This document shows positions 51,316 to 64,000 of a DNA stretch of 64,000 bases, one piece after another. The notes under the pieces are model-generated. The model was not told the origin of the DNA, searched no databases, and saw only the letters and a list, made by a program, of their open reading frames with translations. This DNA comes from Takakia lepidozioides (Eukaryota; Plantae; Bryophyta), in contig CM060732.1 in the NCBI GenBank assembly GCA_030704615.1, positions 3,906,001 through 3,970,000 of the forward strand, in the 5' to 3' direction. Position 1 is the first letter of the stretch; each line of letters starts with the position of its first letter. The position numbers and the translations under genes are program-made.

Positions 51316-51450
51316 CTAGGGCTTCGCGTTGGTCCGCACTACTAGCAACGAATTCTGAGAACTACGTTCAATTTTCACAAAAAGGGGCAGGTCATCCCCA
51401 TGGTGTTGCATACATACATCCCGTATTTCATTGTTTTTCACAAGAAAAAT
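51316..51450 (-). mobile_element. Helitron/Helentron-like 3' terminus, copy 4; element probably extends to about 54000 with captured fragments
   Basis: Reverse complement of the same terminus (A|CTAGGGCTTCGCGTTGGTCCGCACTACTAGCAACGAATTC). A short PPR piece (CIKDAKGVFDNM, about 53797-53835) and ACGTCA repeats (53847-53905) lie upstream on the minus strand. Confidence 0.75.
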
Positions 51451-54400
51451 GGTAAAATTTCATTGTCAGATCTATCAGTTGTCCCAGTGGCTTCGAGTCT
51501 TCCCTTGTTTGATGGAAGGCCGCTAAATGAAGTTTTCCATAAATCTCATGAAGTTTTTTGGAGCAAGTCTGATCTTGAGGAAAGAGTGAAAATTATTGTC
51601 ATATGTAAAAGTTAGTGGGATCCATCTGAGTCTGGTAAACAGTGAAGGGTTAACTGGATATGTACTTTTATATTAACCAATATAATCCACTTATTTTATT
51701 TTACTCCACAAAAGATTTTATGCTAAATACACTCATAGTTATATTAAAGACTCTGGCATGGCACTAACTTCGTCATTTGCCTCCATGATTGCCAGCCACA
51801 ATTCTTGTTTGTTTCTGTCCCAGAAGGAACCCAATTGGGGTTCATCGCAATGTGGGAGGGTGACCACCCACCTGACAGATTGTGTTCATCATTAATTGTA
51901 GTATTGCAAGGGATAACATCCCAGCCATTGTTGACAGGAACAGAATGAATGGGGGAGGAAGGGAAGGCATCCCATCCAGTGTTTTGGACTTCCCCTTCAT
52001 TAATCCATGCACATTCGGGATGTCCAGTGTCCAGAGCTATAATGCTACAGACCAGACCAATCATAAGATTTGCACTGAGCTCCACAGGGGCTAGGATGCT
52101 GTCCAATTTTCTGTGAAGATTAAAAATAGAGATAGCAGCCAGAAGACTGTCATTAGAGGTATCCCCTTGAAGTTGACACCCAATATCCAGAGCGGACAAG
52201 TTGTCTTGGGAAAATACAGACACACAATTTGTGAACCTCCAGTAGTAAAATTCATAAGTTGAAGGCCATTACAGTCTTTCTCCTTGCACAAGATAGATTT
52301 TGATTTAAACAATATATTATCCACAATGGACAGGCTAACTTACTAAAAGCCTTCAACTGTACATGCGTTGTAAAGACTGAGAAAATTTGACCTTCAAACA
52401 TGGCTCCACATCTGAGAGACTCACTAACTGTGGCAGTGAGGAGGCCTTCAATTACAAACAGCACATCTGTGCACCTCAGTATCCATCAAGGGAAATCTGT
52501 GTAAAGTGTACAGAGGCCAATCCAACTGAAGCACACCTCTGATGGGCTTGTTGAAAATTATCATGGAGATGGATTCAAAGGATTTGAGTGGTAGCAAATA
52601 GAAAAGACTGGTAGTGGCTGAGGATTCACAGCTCTGTGGTTTGCGGAGTAGAGAATAAATTTAAATAGAGATGAGATGGGATGAGATGGAAAGGAGAGGC
52701 GGGTGCAATCGACTTCTACATAATGACCAAAATCTAAGAAACAAAATCCATCTAGAGACCTGCCGGGTGATGGGAAATGGAGCACTAATTCCGGTAAGGC
52801 AAGAATTGTATGGCGCACCAGATAAGGGCAGACATTTTCAATGTAGTTTTAACGGAGGGCAACAGCAGAAGCGGATAAGCATGTGAGGATTGCGTGGTTG
52901 GGAAAGGGAAGAATATGATGAGAGTGTGAGAGAAGGAAACCAAATCTCCTTTCAAGCAGCCTTGAATTTGAAGGACTCGAACTGCCACCAAATGAAATAC
53001 TGGAATCTGCCTGATGAAAAACCTGTCGCCTCTCAGTTGTCTACCTAAATCTTATTCAACCCTATGTCAACCCACATCCAATGTCAAGAGAAGAGGAGAG
53101 AGGAGAGGAGAGGCGACCGTAAATACCACAGTAATATCAAATAGTCCAATCGTTCAATTTGATTTCCAGCTCATGCAAATCCAGTGTAACACAATTGTAT
53201 AGACAAAAAACTTCCAGGAATGAATGACAGGGATCATGGCGCACCCTCCAAGACCGAAGAAACAGCAATGTGCCACCTTGATCTTGCGCGGGCCATGCTC
53301 ATTCCATGTGGGGGGGAGAGGCGAGCCTCATGCCTCGCACGTGGTTCTGTTCAATCAGCATACAGAGAGAGAAATTTACTGCCTGAGAATGAGAACAAAA
53401 AAAGAAGTTTATTACATTCACAGGAAAGAGTAGTCTTGGCCAAGAGGGTGTCTAAGAGAGCTATCAACTCCATTTTGGAAGAACTGGGCATGCTTCAGTT
53501 GTGTAAATTAGCCGAATTCTCACAAATTGTAGTTGAAGGGTTTACCTAAACAAAGTCGATCAATTGCAAAGTCGATATGCTTCTTAAGACTTGGAAAAAA
53601 TGGTTGTAGTCTCTCCAGAAGAACAGGACCAGCATCCCTTCCAAGCCTGAATACACTTTGGAGGCAGGAGCAGCAATCAACCAGGCTGCCTGCTTGGGGG
53701 TCGGTTGTGCAAACACAAGATGCATGGTCCTCCTTGTGTCAAATTCCTGGAACAGTGTTAAAAACAAATGGATGTTTTGGTAGCCATTTAGGTTTAGTCA
53801 TATTGTCAAATACTCCCTTTGCATCCTTAATGCACCAGGGTTGCACACGTCAGTGACGTCACGTCACGTCGGACCTAACGCTGACGCGACCAACGTCACG
53901 TCAGTTTTGCCAAAAAATCAGTAAAACATGAGTTACGTGAAAAATATGCCACGTAGGTGGACACGTTGTATTCCAAGCGACACCTTGGCAACTGAATGAA
54001 TTGTTTTATAAATTACTCCATCCGCCAATAGTTGAGGTCATTTTTAAATCATTATTTTTAAATTGGTGCGACCTCCAAATGGTGGTGGTCGCAGAATTTA
54101 TCTTATTTTTTAATAGTTGCGACCACCAGCAGAGGGGTTGTCGTAGCATTTTTTGTTTTGTAAAAATAGATGTGACCACCAGCAGAGGTGGTCGCATTTT
54201 TTTCTTTTCTTAAACAGTTGCGACCACCGCTACTGGTGGTCGGACAATTTTTAGTTTATTTGTAATAGGTACGACCACCATAATAGGGGTGGTCGCAACA
54301 TTTTTCTATTTTTTAATATCTGCGACCACGAGCATGGGGGTGGTCGCAGCATTTTTTTTTTTAAAAATAGGTGCGACCACCAGCCGAGGGGTGGTCGCAG

Positions 54401-55313
54401 AATTTATTTTTTTATTTTATTTAAAAAAAATCTTTGTGACCACGAGCATGGGGTGGTCGCAGCATTTTTCTTTTTTTTAATAGGTGCGACCACCAGCATG
54501 GGGGTGGTCGCAGAAATTTTCTATTTGTTTAATAGGTGCGACCACCAGCAGGGGGTGGTCGCAGAAATTTTCTGTTTTTTTAATAGGTGCAACCACCAGA
54601 AGGGGGCTGGTCGCAGCAATTTTTTTTTATTTTTTTTTAATAAATAATCTTTGTGACCACGATCATGGGGGTGGTCGCAGAAATTTTCTGTTTTTTTAAT
54701 AGGTGCGACCACCAGAAGGGGGCTGGTCGCAGCAATTTTTTTTTAAAAAAAAATAATCTTTGTGACCACGATCATGGGGGTGGTTACAACATTTTTCTTT
54801 TTTTTAATAGGTGTGACCACGAGCATGGGGGTGGTCGCAACATTTTTCTTTTTTTTAATAGGTGCGACCACCAGCATGAGGGTGGTCGCAGCAATTTAAA
54901 AATAATAATAACATGCGACTTCCTCGTGCGACCTGGAGCGGTCGCAGCATTGGATCTGATTCTTCGAGCGTGTGAGGCTTGGAGGCTGGAGGGTATATAA
55001 GGTGGTCCCAATGCCCCTCACTTCTTTTGTGACAAATATTTTTTGTGCGAGTGAATGTTCTCTATTCCTTGAGCAAGAGTGTAAGCCCAAGAGGAGGGTA
55101 CGGACCGTTTGCTGTTGTGGCTTCCACCAGAGCCACTGCAGCAAATTGTCGAAAAACACAATACTACATGGTGCATTGATCCACTTGGATTGATGCCGTA
55201 GTGTTGGGTCATCGCATTCTGTTCTAACTTCTATTGCTCTTGACAAATCTACCAAGTACACTAGTGTTCTTCGTTCAATCTTAAGTCTGTGGTTAGGGTT
55301 TTGGGTGTCGCTC

Positions 55314-56040
55314 CGACGATTTCTGGGCGAAATGTGCAAATTTTGTGTACATGGTGGAGCCGGTGTTGATTGTTTTGCGGGAGTTTGATGGAAAACAACC
55401 AATAATGGATAAAGCATGGTTGATATTGAAAAACCTTGAGAAGCACGTGCAATCCTTGAGGCGGCCTCCATTTTCTATGGACGATGATTTGGCGGCAAGG
55501 ACCGAGGATGCATTTTACGACCGCAAACGGATGGTTCGCACGGACTTGCATTATGCGGGGGCCTTGCTGAATCCATTCTTGTTGGACAATACGGATTTGA
55601 GAGACGATGTGGATGCCAAAGTCGGGCTTGTACGGGTCATCATGCAACTTACACCCTTGAATATGGCAGAGCGAGCGTTGTCCGAGTACCAATGCTTCTC
55701 GGATCGGTAGAATTCTTTCCATGACATGCCCAATCCAAAAGCAATGAACATGTTGCCACATGAATGGTGGGATCTGATTGGAGCTGGAGCAAGAACGTTA
55801 GCTCCCATTGCAAAACGTATTCTTGTTCAAGTGTGCTCTGCCTCATCCTGTGAGCGGAACTGGAGCAGTTACTCGTTTGTTCACAACAAGATTCGCAACA
55901 GGTTGAATCCTGCCAGGGCTGACAAATTGGTTTATGTCTACACGAATTGTAGGCCACTGCGAGAGAGGAGAGCAAGTGACGCATCTGCATGGTACGAGAA
56001 GAATCTGTTATCTGAAGACTCCGATCCTGGGAGATGGTTC
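55314..56040 (+). pseudogene. hAT transposase C-terminal part with dimerization domain
   Basis: FW..EPVLIVLREFDG..LHYAGALLNP..WWDLIG..LAPIAKRILVQVCSASSCERNWSSYSFVHNKIRNRL. Confidence 0.92.
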
Positions 56041-56987
56041 TTCTGCTGCATGACTTCTACAAGTCGAACCATCGGATGACGACGACCGGCCATTGTCGTT
56101 TCATCTGGCCCGACGACGTCCGCACGTGAACCGTGCTCCCTCGACCCTCGCTGGTCCATCTCATGCCCCTTCCTCTCATGTCGGCCCCTCTGATGTACGT
56201 GCAAGTAGCCTTCCTCATACGAGACCTGCTCCTAGGCCACCACGAAATCTGAGACAAACCCAAAAACGGCAGAGAATTGTGCAACCTTTTGTTGGTGACC
56301 GACCTGTGAACACGACTGATACCCTAGATGGTATTCATGATAGGAGTGGAAATCGACCAGAGAGACAACTGAACGTACTCCGAGGACGACTACAGGTCCA
56401 ACGGCCAGTTGCCTCTGGAAACGAAAAAACAGATGAAGATCATGATTTTAGCACTGATCATGGGAACGGGGGTGAAGTGAATGGGGACGAAGATTTTGTA
56501 CTAGACGTGAGATCATACCGTCGTCGTCGTGCCAGACGGAATTAGATACAGCTATAACTTCTATGACATGTCACATGATGTGTAGTATGTTTCCATGGAT
56601 ATCCATGTTTCAATTTGGGTACATGCATACGTGTACGGAAATAAAAATGGTGGAATATGTGTACCCAAGAAAGGGTTTGGTGGTGTGCGTGTATTTGTGT
56701 TTCGTCATTACCTTTACATTATTGATTTCCTATTATGGTTTCGAAAGCCACAAAGGTCAGGTGCAGCTCCCAACATTCATCTTCTCCTTCATCATCTCCA
56801 AACATACATACAGGTGCAAGGGGACCAACCTCCTGGTGGTCGCACCTATTTTAAAAAAAACAATTGTGTGACCACCAGTAGCGGTCGTTACAACTGTTAA
56901 AATAAAAGAAAAACGTTGCGACCACCCCCCTGCTGGTAGTCGCACATATTTATTGATTTATTGATTACCCCTGCTGGTGGTCGCAGA

Positions 56988-57216
56988 TTTTATTTTATTT
57001 ATTTTATTTTATTTTTTGGGAAACACCTGGGAGCGACAGCTCACAAATCCGGCCCCTTAGTAGTGAGAGGAGAAAATAACCTCTTTCATTTATGCGCCAA
57101 GAGGTGTTGGAATGGGACACCACACACGAACCATACCACCTCATCAAGTAGCAAAATTTGACCCCAAAATCGTCCGGGTCGCACTCAGTGCACTTAACCA
57201 ACTGAGCTACTGACTG
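56988..57216 (-). mobile_element. tRNA-derived SINE (same family as 17853-18079) inserted in the right hairpin array
   Basis: Minus-strand TAGCTCAGTTGGTTAAGTGCAC, 3' TTGTGAGCTGTCGCTCCCAGGT and a (TAAAA)n tail. Confidence 0.8.
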
Positions 57217-57904
57217 TTGATAGATATTAAAAAATCGGAAAATTGACCACCCCCCTGCTGGTGGTCGCATCTATTAAAGAAAAGGAAAATAGTGCGACTG
57301 TTTTAAACAAAATTTGTGCGACCACCCCTCTCCTGGTGGTCGCGCCTATTAAAAAAAAGAAAAATTATGCGACCACCTCCCTGCTGATGGTCGCACCTAT
57401 TAAAAATAAAAAAATCTGCAACCACCCCCCTGCTGGTGGTCGCACCCATTAAAAAAAAAACAAATCTGCGACCACCCCCCTGCTGGTGGTCGGACCCATT
57501 AAAAAAAATAAACAAATCTGCGACCACCCCCCTACTGGTGGTCGCACCCATCAAAAAATATATATATATATATCTGCGACCACCCCTCTGCTGGTGGTCG
57601 CACCTATTAAAAAAATAAAAATTCTGCGACCACCCCCCCTGCCGGTGGTTGCACATAATAAAGAAAAGAAAAAAAGATGCGACCACCCCTGCTGGCGGTC
57701 GCAGCTATTACTAGCGTGCGCCGTTTTATTCTCAAGTAAATACTCGTGATTTGTTAATCCATCTCTGGCACAAGGCCCTTCCATTGAAATTGCAATTCTG
57801 AAATCAACAGAGTATTTAGACCAGCCCTGACATCAACACTCATTTCATTGTAATTAGATTGTCCTTGGCTGTGCACGAGGTATAAGGAACTGACTTTTCA
57901 TACT

Positions 57905-60960
<3,056 letters not shown>

Positions 60961-61235
60961 AAAAAATTGAGGCCAAAGAAAGGCTATTCCAACGGTCATA
61001 TGTCCCCTATAGCCGTTCAAGGCGGGCAGCGATTTTTAGAATGTCATTTTGTCATCGTGGCAAAATGGTGGCAAAAATGTGGCAAAAATGTTCCACGATG
61101 TCGGTTCCACCGTGACAAATTGTTCCGTGGGAAGCGTTAGGTTCTCGTCCCTCCCTTTCTCGTGCGCTTCTTTCCCCCAGCCCTTCTCGCACGCCGGCTT
61201 CCATCGGGCTCCAATGCTGCAGGCGTTTCCTGCAC

Positions 61236-61315
61236 GTGAGTGAGTGAACTTGCAAGTGAGTGAGTAACCAGGCGTTTCCTGCAGGTGAGTGAGTGAGTGA
61301 GTGAGTGAGTGAGTG
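61236..61315. repeat. (GAGT)n microsatellite
   Basis: Runs of GTGA/GAGT. Confidence 0.8.
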
Positions 61316-61509
61316 TCATTGCTACGTTCTCTCCTTGGGTATCCTCCCTATCCGAGTACAACTTTACCTTCTTTCTTTATTTCTTTTTGTTTTTATCATC
61401 TTGTTCGCTTCCAGTTAGATACCTGAAGCTGTCGATCTTCTACTGTTGTACCAGTTATTTGTTTTGGTTCGAGAAATCCAATGCAAGTTCGTTTCTGTTG
61501 CAGTTGTGT

Positions 61510-61510
<1 letters not shown>

Positions 61511-61543
<33 letters not shown>
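61511..61543. repeat. Poly-C tract (33 nt)
   Basis: Seen directly; homopolymer length may be imprecise. Confidence 0.9.
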
Positions 61544-61544
<1 letters not shown>

Positions 61545-61608
61545 CCTGTAGCAATGGGCTTCACTGATGCTTTTCTAATGCTTTTCTAATGCTATGTTGC
61601 TATTTAGC

Positions 61609-62753
61609 TGAGTTGCTATGCTGCAGCAGTATGAACCAGCGCCTGCATTTGTTTCTGGCGATGGATGATCAGAGGGAGCCGACGATGCTAAGCCTCTGCA
61701 TTGGCTGACGGGTCATGACACAAAGTCAAGGACAATGTGGTGAGGGCACATCTTCTTCAATCTATTTCAGCCTGGTTTGCCCTCTCATCAGACTCGTCCC
61801 TGATTTTGCATGTTGTATTGTGTAAGTTAGCTCGTTGGGTGGATCTATGGTGGTTTAGAGTGATTAGGGCTTGGTCGCCATCGACAATCAAATGAGGAAG
61901 ACCGTCAGTTCCACGCAGCAATCCCTGCTGCCGTAGAAGGCAAACCGTGCCTTGGTCTTCTCAATAGTGGCATTGATAGCAAGTGTCAGTGCGCTATCAG
62001 GTGAAGTGGGAGCGGCAGCAGTAGCAACACACCTAACACACATGTACTGTGGTTGGGGGCCTCTACATACTCCAAGACTGGCAGGTAACCGAAGTGGGAG
62101 CGGCAGCAGCAACAACACACCTAACACACATGTACTGTGGCTGGGGGCCTCTACATACTCCAAGACTGGCAGGTAACCTTTCTCCCTCTTGCTTCTTTAT
62201 CTTGTTGGCGGATTTATGAGTCCCTGTGGATCAATAGCTACAAGAGACCAGCAGGGGTGGATGGTGCATGGGCACTCATAAAGGCACCTTCTTCTCACAT
62301 CGATTGGTAGCAAGAGCAAGGAGCTGTCACGGCAAGGCAGCCTGAATGACACAAAGTGCTGTTGACTACTCATCTCAAGAGGTTTTCATGTTTGACAAGC
62401 ACTATGAGTCCTTTGTGAAATCGGGCGAGGCTCCTTTAGCACCGTGAGTTGCTATGCTGCAGCAGTATGAACCAGCGCCTGCATCTGTTTCTGGCGACGG
62501 ATGATCAGAGGGAGCCGGCAATGCTAAGCCTCTGCATTGGCTGACGGGTCATGACACAAAGTCAAGGACAATGTGGTGAGGGCACCTCTTCTTCAATCTA
62601 TTTCAGCCTGGTTTGCCCTCTCATCAGACTCGTCCCTGATTTTGCATGTTGTATTGTGTAAGTTAGCTCGTTGGGTGGATCTATGGTGGTTTAGAGTGAT
62701 TAGGGCCTGGTTGCCATCAACAATCAAGTGAGGAAGACCGTCAGTTCCACGCA
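61609..62753 (+). repeat. 309-bp direct repeat (61609-61917 and 62445-62753) enclosing an 88-bp tandem duplication (62003-62090, 62091-62178)
   Basis: Direct comparison. The repeat contains a segment homologous to 13340-13457, which lies upstream of the PPR gene. Confidence 0.9.
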
Positions 62754-64000
62754 ACATTCGTGTCGAGGCATTTTTCTGCTCCCAAGTCCCCTGTACATCT
62801 CCAAGTTGACGTTGCATTACGAAGGTGTCGGGGATATCTGCCAATCCACTGCTCTATGTAGAATGAGCTCCACATAAACCATGGCTGCTAAGGAATAGTT
62901 GATTTGATGTTTGAATAAGTCATCACCCCACAATGACAAGCTCACCTCACGTGCCCTATGGCGGAAATGTTCGTCAATGCAGGAATGGTATTCCCCATAA
63001 AATTGCCCGCTCTATTGGCCACAGACGATTGATGTGATGCATTTTGACATATTGTTTGTATCGTGTCAAGGACCACTTGTCACCCACAAGAAAATGTGCC
63101 CACCTTTCCTCTGCCAAAATTACCCGGCTATGATATGCTTCCCAATTCACTTGGTGCCTTGCCCCTTTACGGTACCGCTTCTCGGATGGTCCGGCAAGCC
63201 CAGGATCTTCTGGTGGTTGACGCCGCCGGTCTTGACCTCCTCCAGACATTTTCTAGCACAAAAAATTCTACGCCACTACCAACCTTGCCTACAATGTATT
63301 TTTCGCAAACTTGTTAACTGTGTCAAGTTAAATAAACACAGTGTGAAACTAACTAGAATAAAACTAGTTATTTGTATTTAACACTTGGATTTAGTTCAAG
63401 TGTTAAGTCAGGTGTCAAGTTTGAGCTTGACACCTGTACCATCTTATCTTCACGAGCGTCAGTCGCGCAGCGCATCTCTCTCGTTGAGCCTGCGCGACCG
63501 AGCTCCTTCAGTCGTTTAGAACTGAGTGTGCTTATGATGGGAGGATAGGTTTGTTGTGGGGTGGAGTCCCCCATAGCTTGGGGTGCCCCTGGCTCGACTA
63601 TTATCTGAAAGAGTGATGACGAGATGGATTTCATGTTTCTTGTGTTAAGAGTGTGTCCTTTAGCTTTTATCTCACTCGAGAGAGATGAGCTTGTTTCTAT
63701 GAGTGCCAGAGGTGAGTTTAGTTTTAGCACTTGTGGTTTTTGTTTTGAAAGTGAGAGAAGTGATTATCTGTGTTCAGGTAATTTTTAGTTAAAAAGATGT
63801 AACTTTGGCCACTGGAGCGATGGTTGAAAAGCGCGGTGAAGCCTTCTACTGTCTATCAGCGTTGTCATCATGGTTGCCATCATAAGGCTGACGGTGTGAC
63901 AATGGCGGCGCCTTCCAGTGCCTAGGTTGAACGTATATGCCCGGAGCATACTGGTCACCGCCAACCTGTGCATTACGTGCCACCGCCGGTGCGGAAGCCG

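Larger units (their letters stand above)
54067..57714 (+). mobile_element. Internally deleted hAT-like element with roughly 0.9-kb inverted arrays of hairpin repeats (foldback-like)
   Basis: Left array 54067-54950 (about 17 units, T-rich spacers) and right array 56822-57714 (about 13 units, A-rich spacers) of TGCGACCACC-N7-9-GGTGGTCGCA, period about 51 bp, mutually reverse-complementary. Confidence 0.8.

Noticed and set aside
54067-54950. CRISPR array
   Set aside because: Spacers are low-complexity, mutually similar T tracts, and the array has an inverted twin. This is a transposon sub-terminal array.
54001-55011. Many short ORFs in the hairpin arrays, and ORFs antisense to PPR, LINE and gag sequence
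   Set aside because: Artefacts of repeats or shadows of real opposite-strand frames.
61609-62753. TRIM with 309-bp TG...CA LTRs
   Set aside because: No TSD, PBS or PPT, and similarity extends raggedly beyond the TG/CA ends.
62760-63260. Gene on the minus strand (MSGGGQDRRRQPPEDPG...)
   Set aside because: Frameshifted, with no recognisable domain. Probably a TE accessory fragment, but it cannot be named.

Overview
Eukaryotic, transposon-rich DNA from a non-seed land plant, probably a bryophyte. This is inferred from spliceosomal introns, PLS/DYW PPR genes, RTE-X-like LINEs and a Tcn1-like Ty3/gypsy. One host gene looks intact: DNA polymerase alpha subunit B (POLA2, minus strand, 37762-50568, 16 exons, about 673 aa), with LINE insertions in its introns. 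The rest is nested mobile DNA: a large Mutator-like element, a rolling-circle (Helitron/Helentron-like) family carrying PPR-DYW and other gene fragments, an L1, gypsy remnants, SINEs, a MITE and a hAT derivative with long hairpin arrays. Main candidate new system: two diverged, intron-containing genes with a ParB/Sulfiredoxin-like DGNHR motif (6.1-9.7 kb and 23.1-25.8 kb). Each is surrounded by its own dispersed 16-bp palindrome, TAGTCG-N4-CGACTA or TGTGCGG-N2-CCGCACA, which share a CGG-NN-CCG core. This is a parB/parS-like layout on plant transposons. Second candidate: three rolling-circle 3' ends lie 37-42 nt upstream of tRNA-type A boxes, suggesting Pol III-site targeting. All homology calls are by eye, without database searches.
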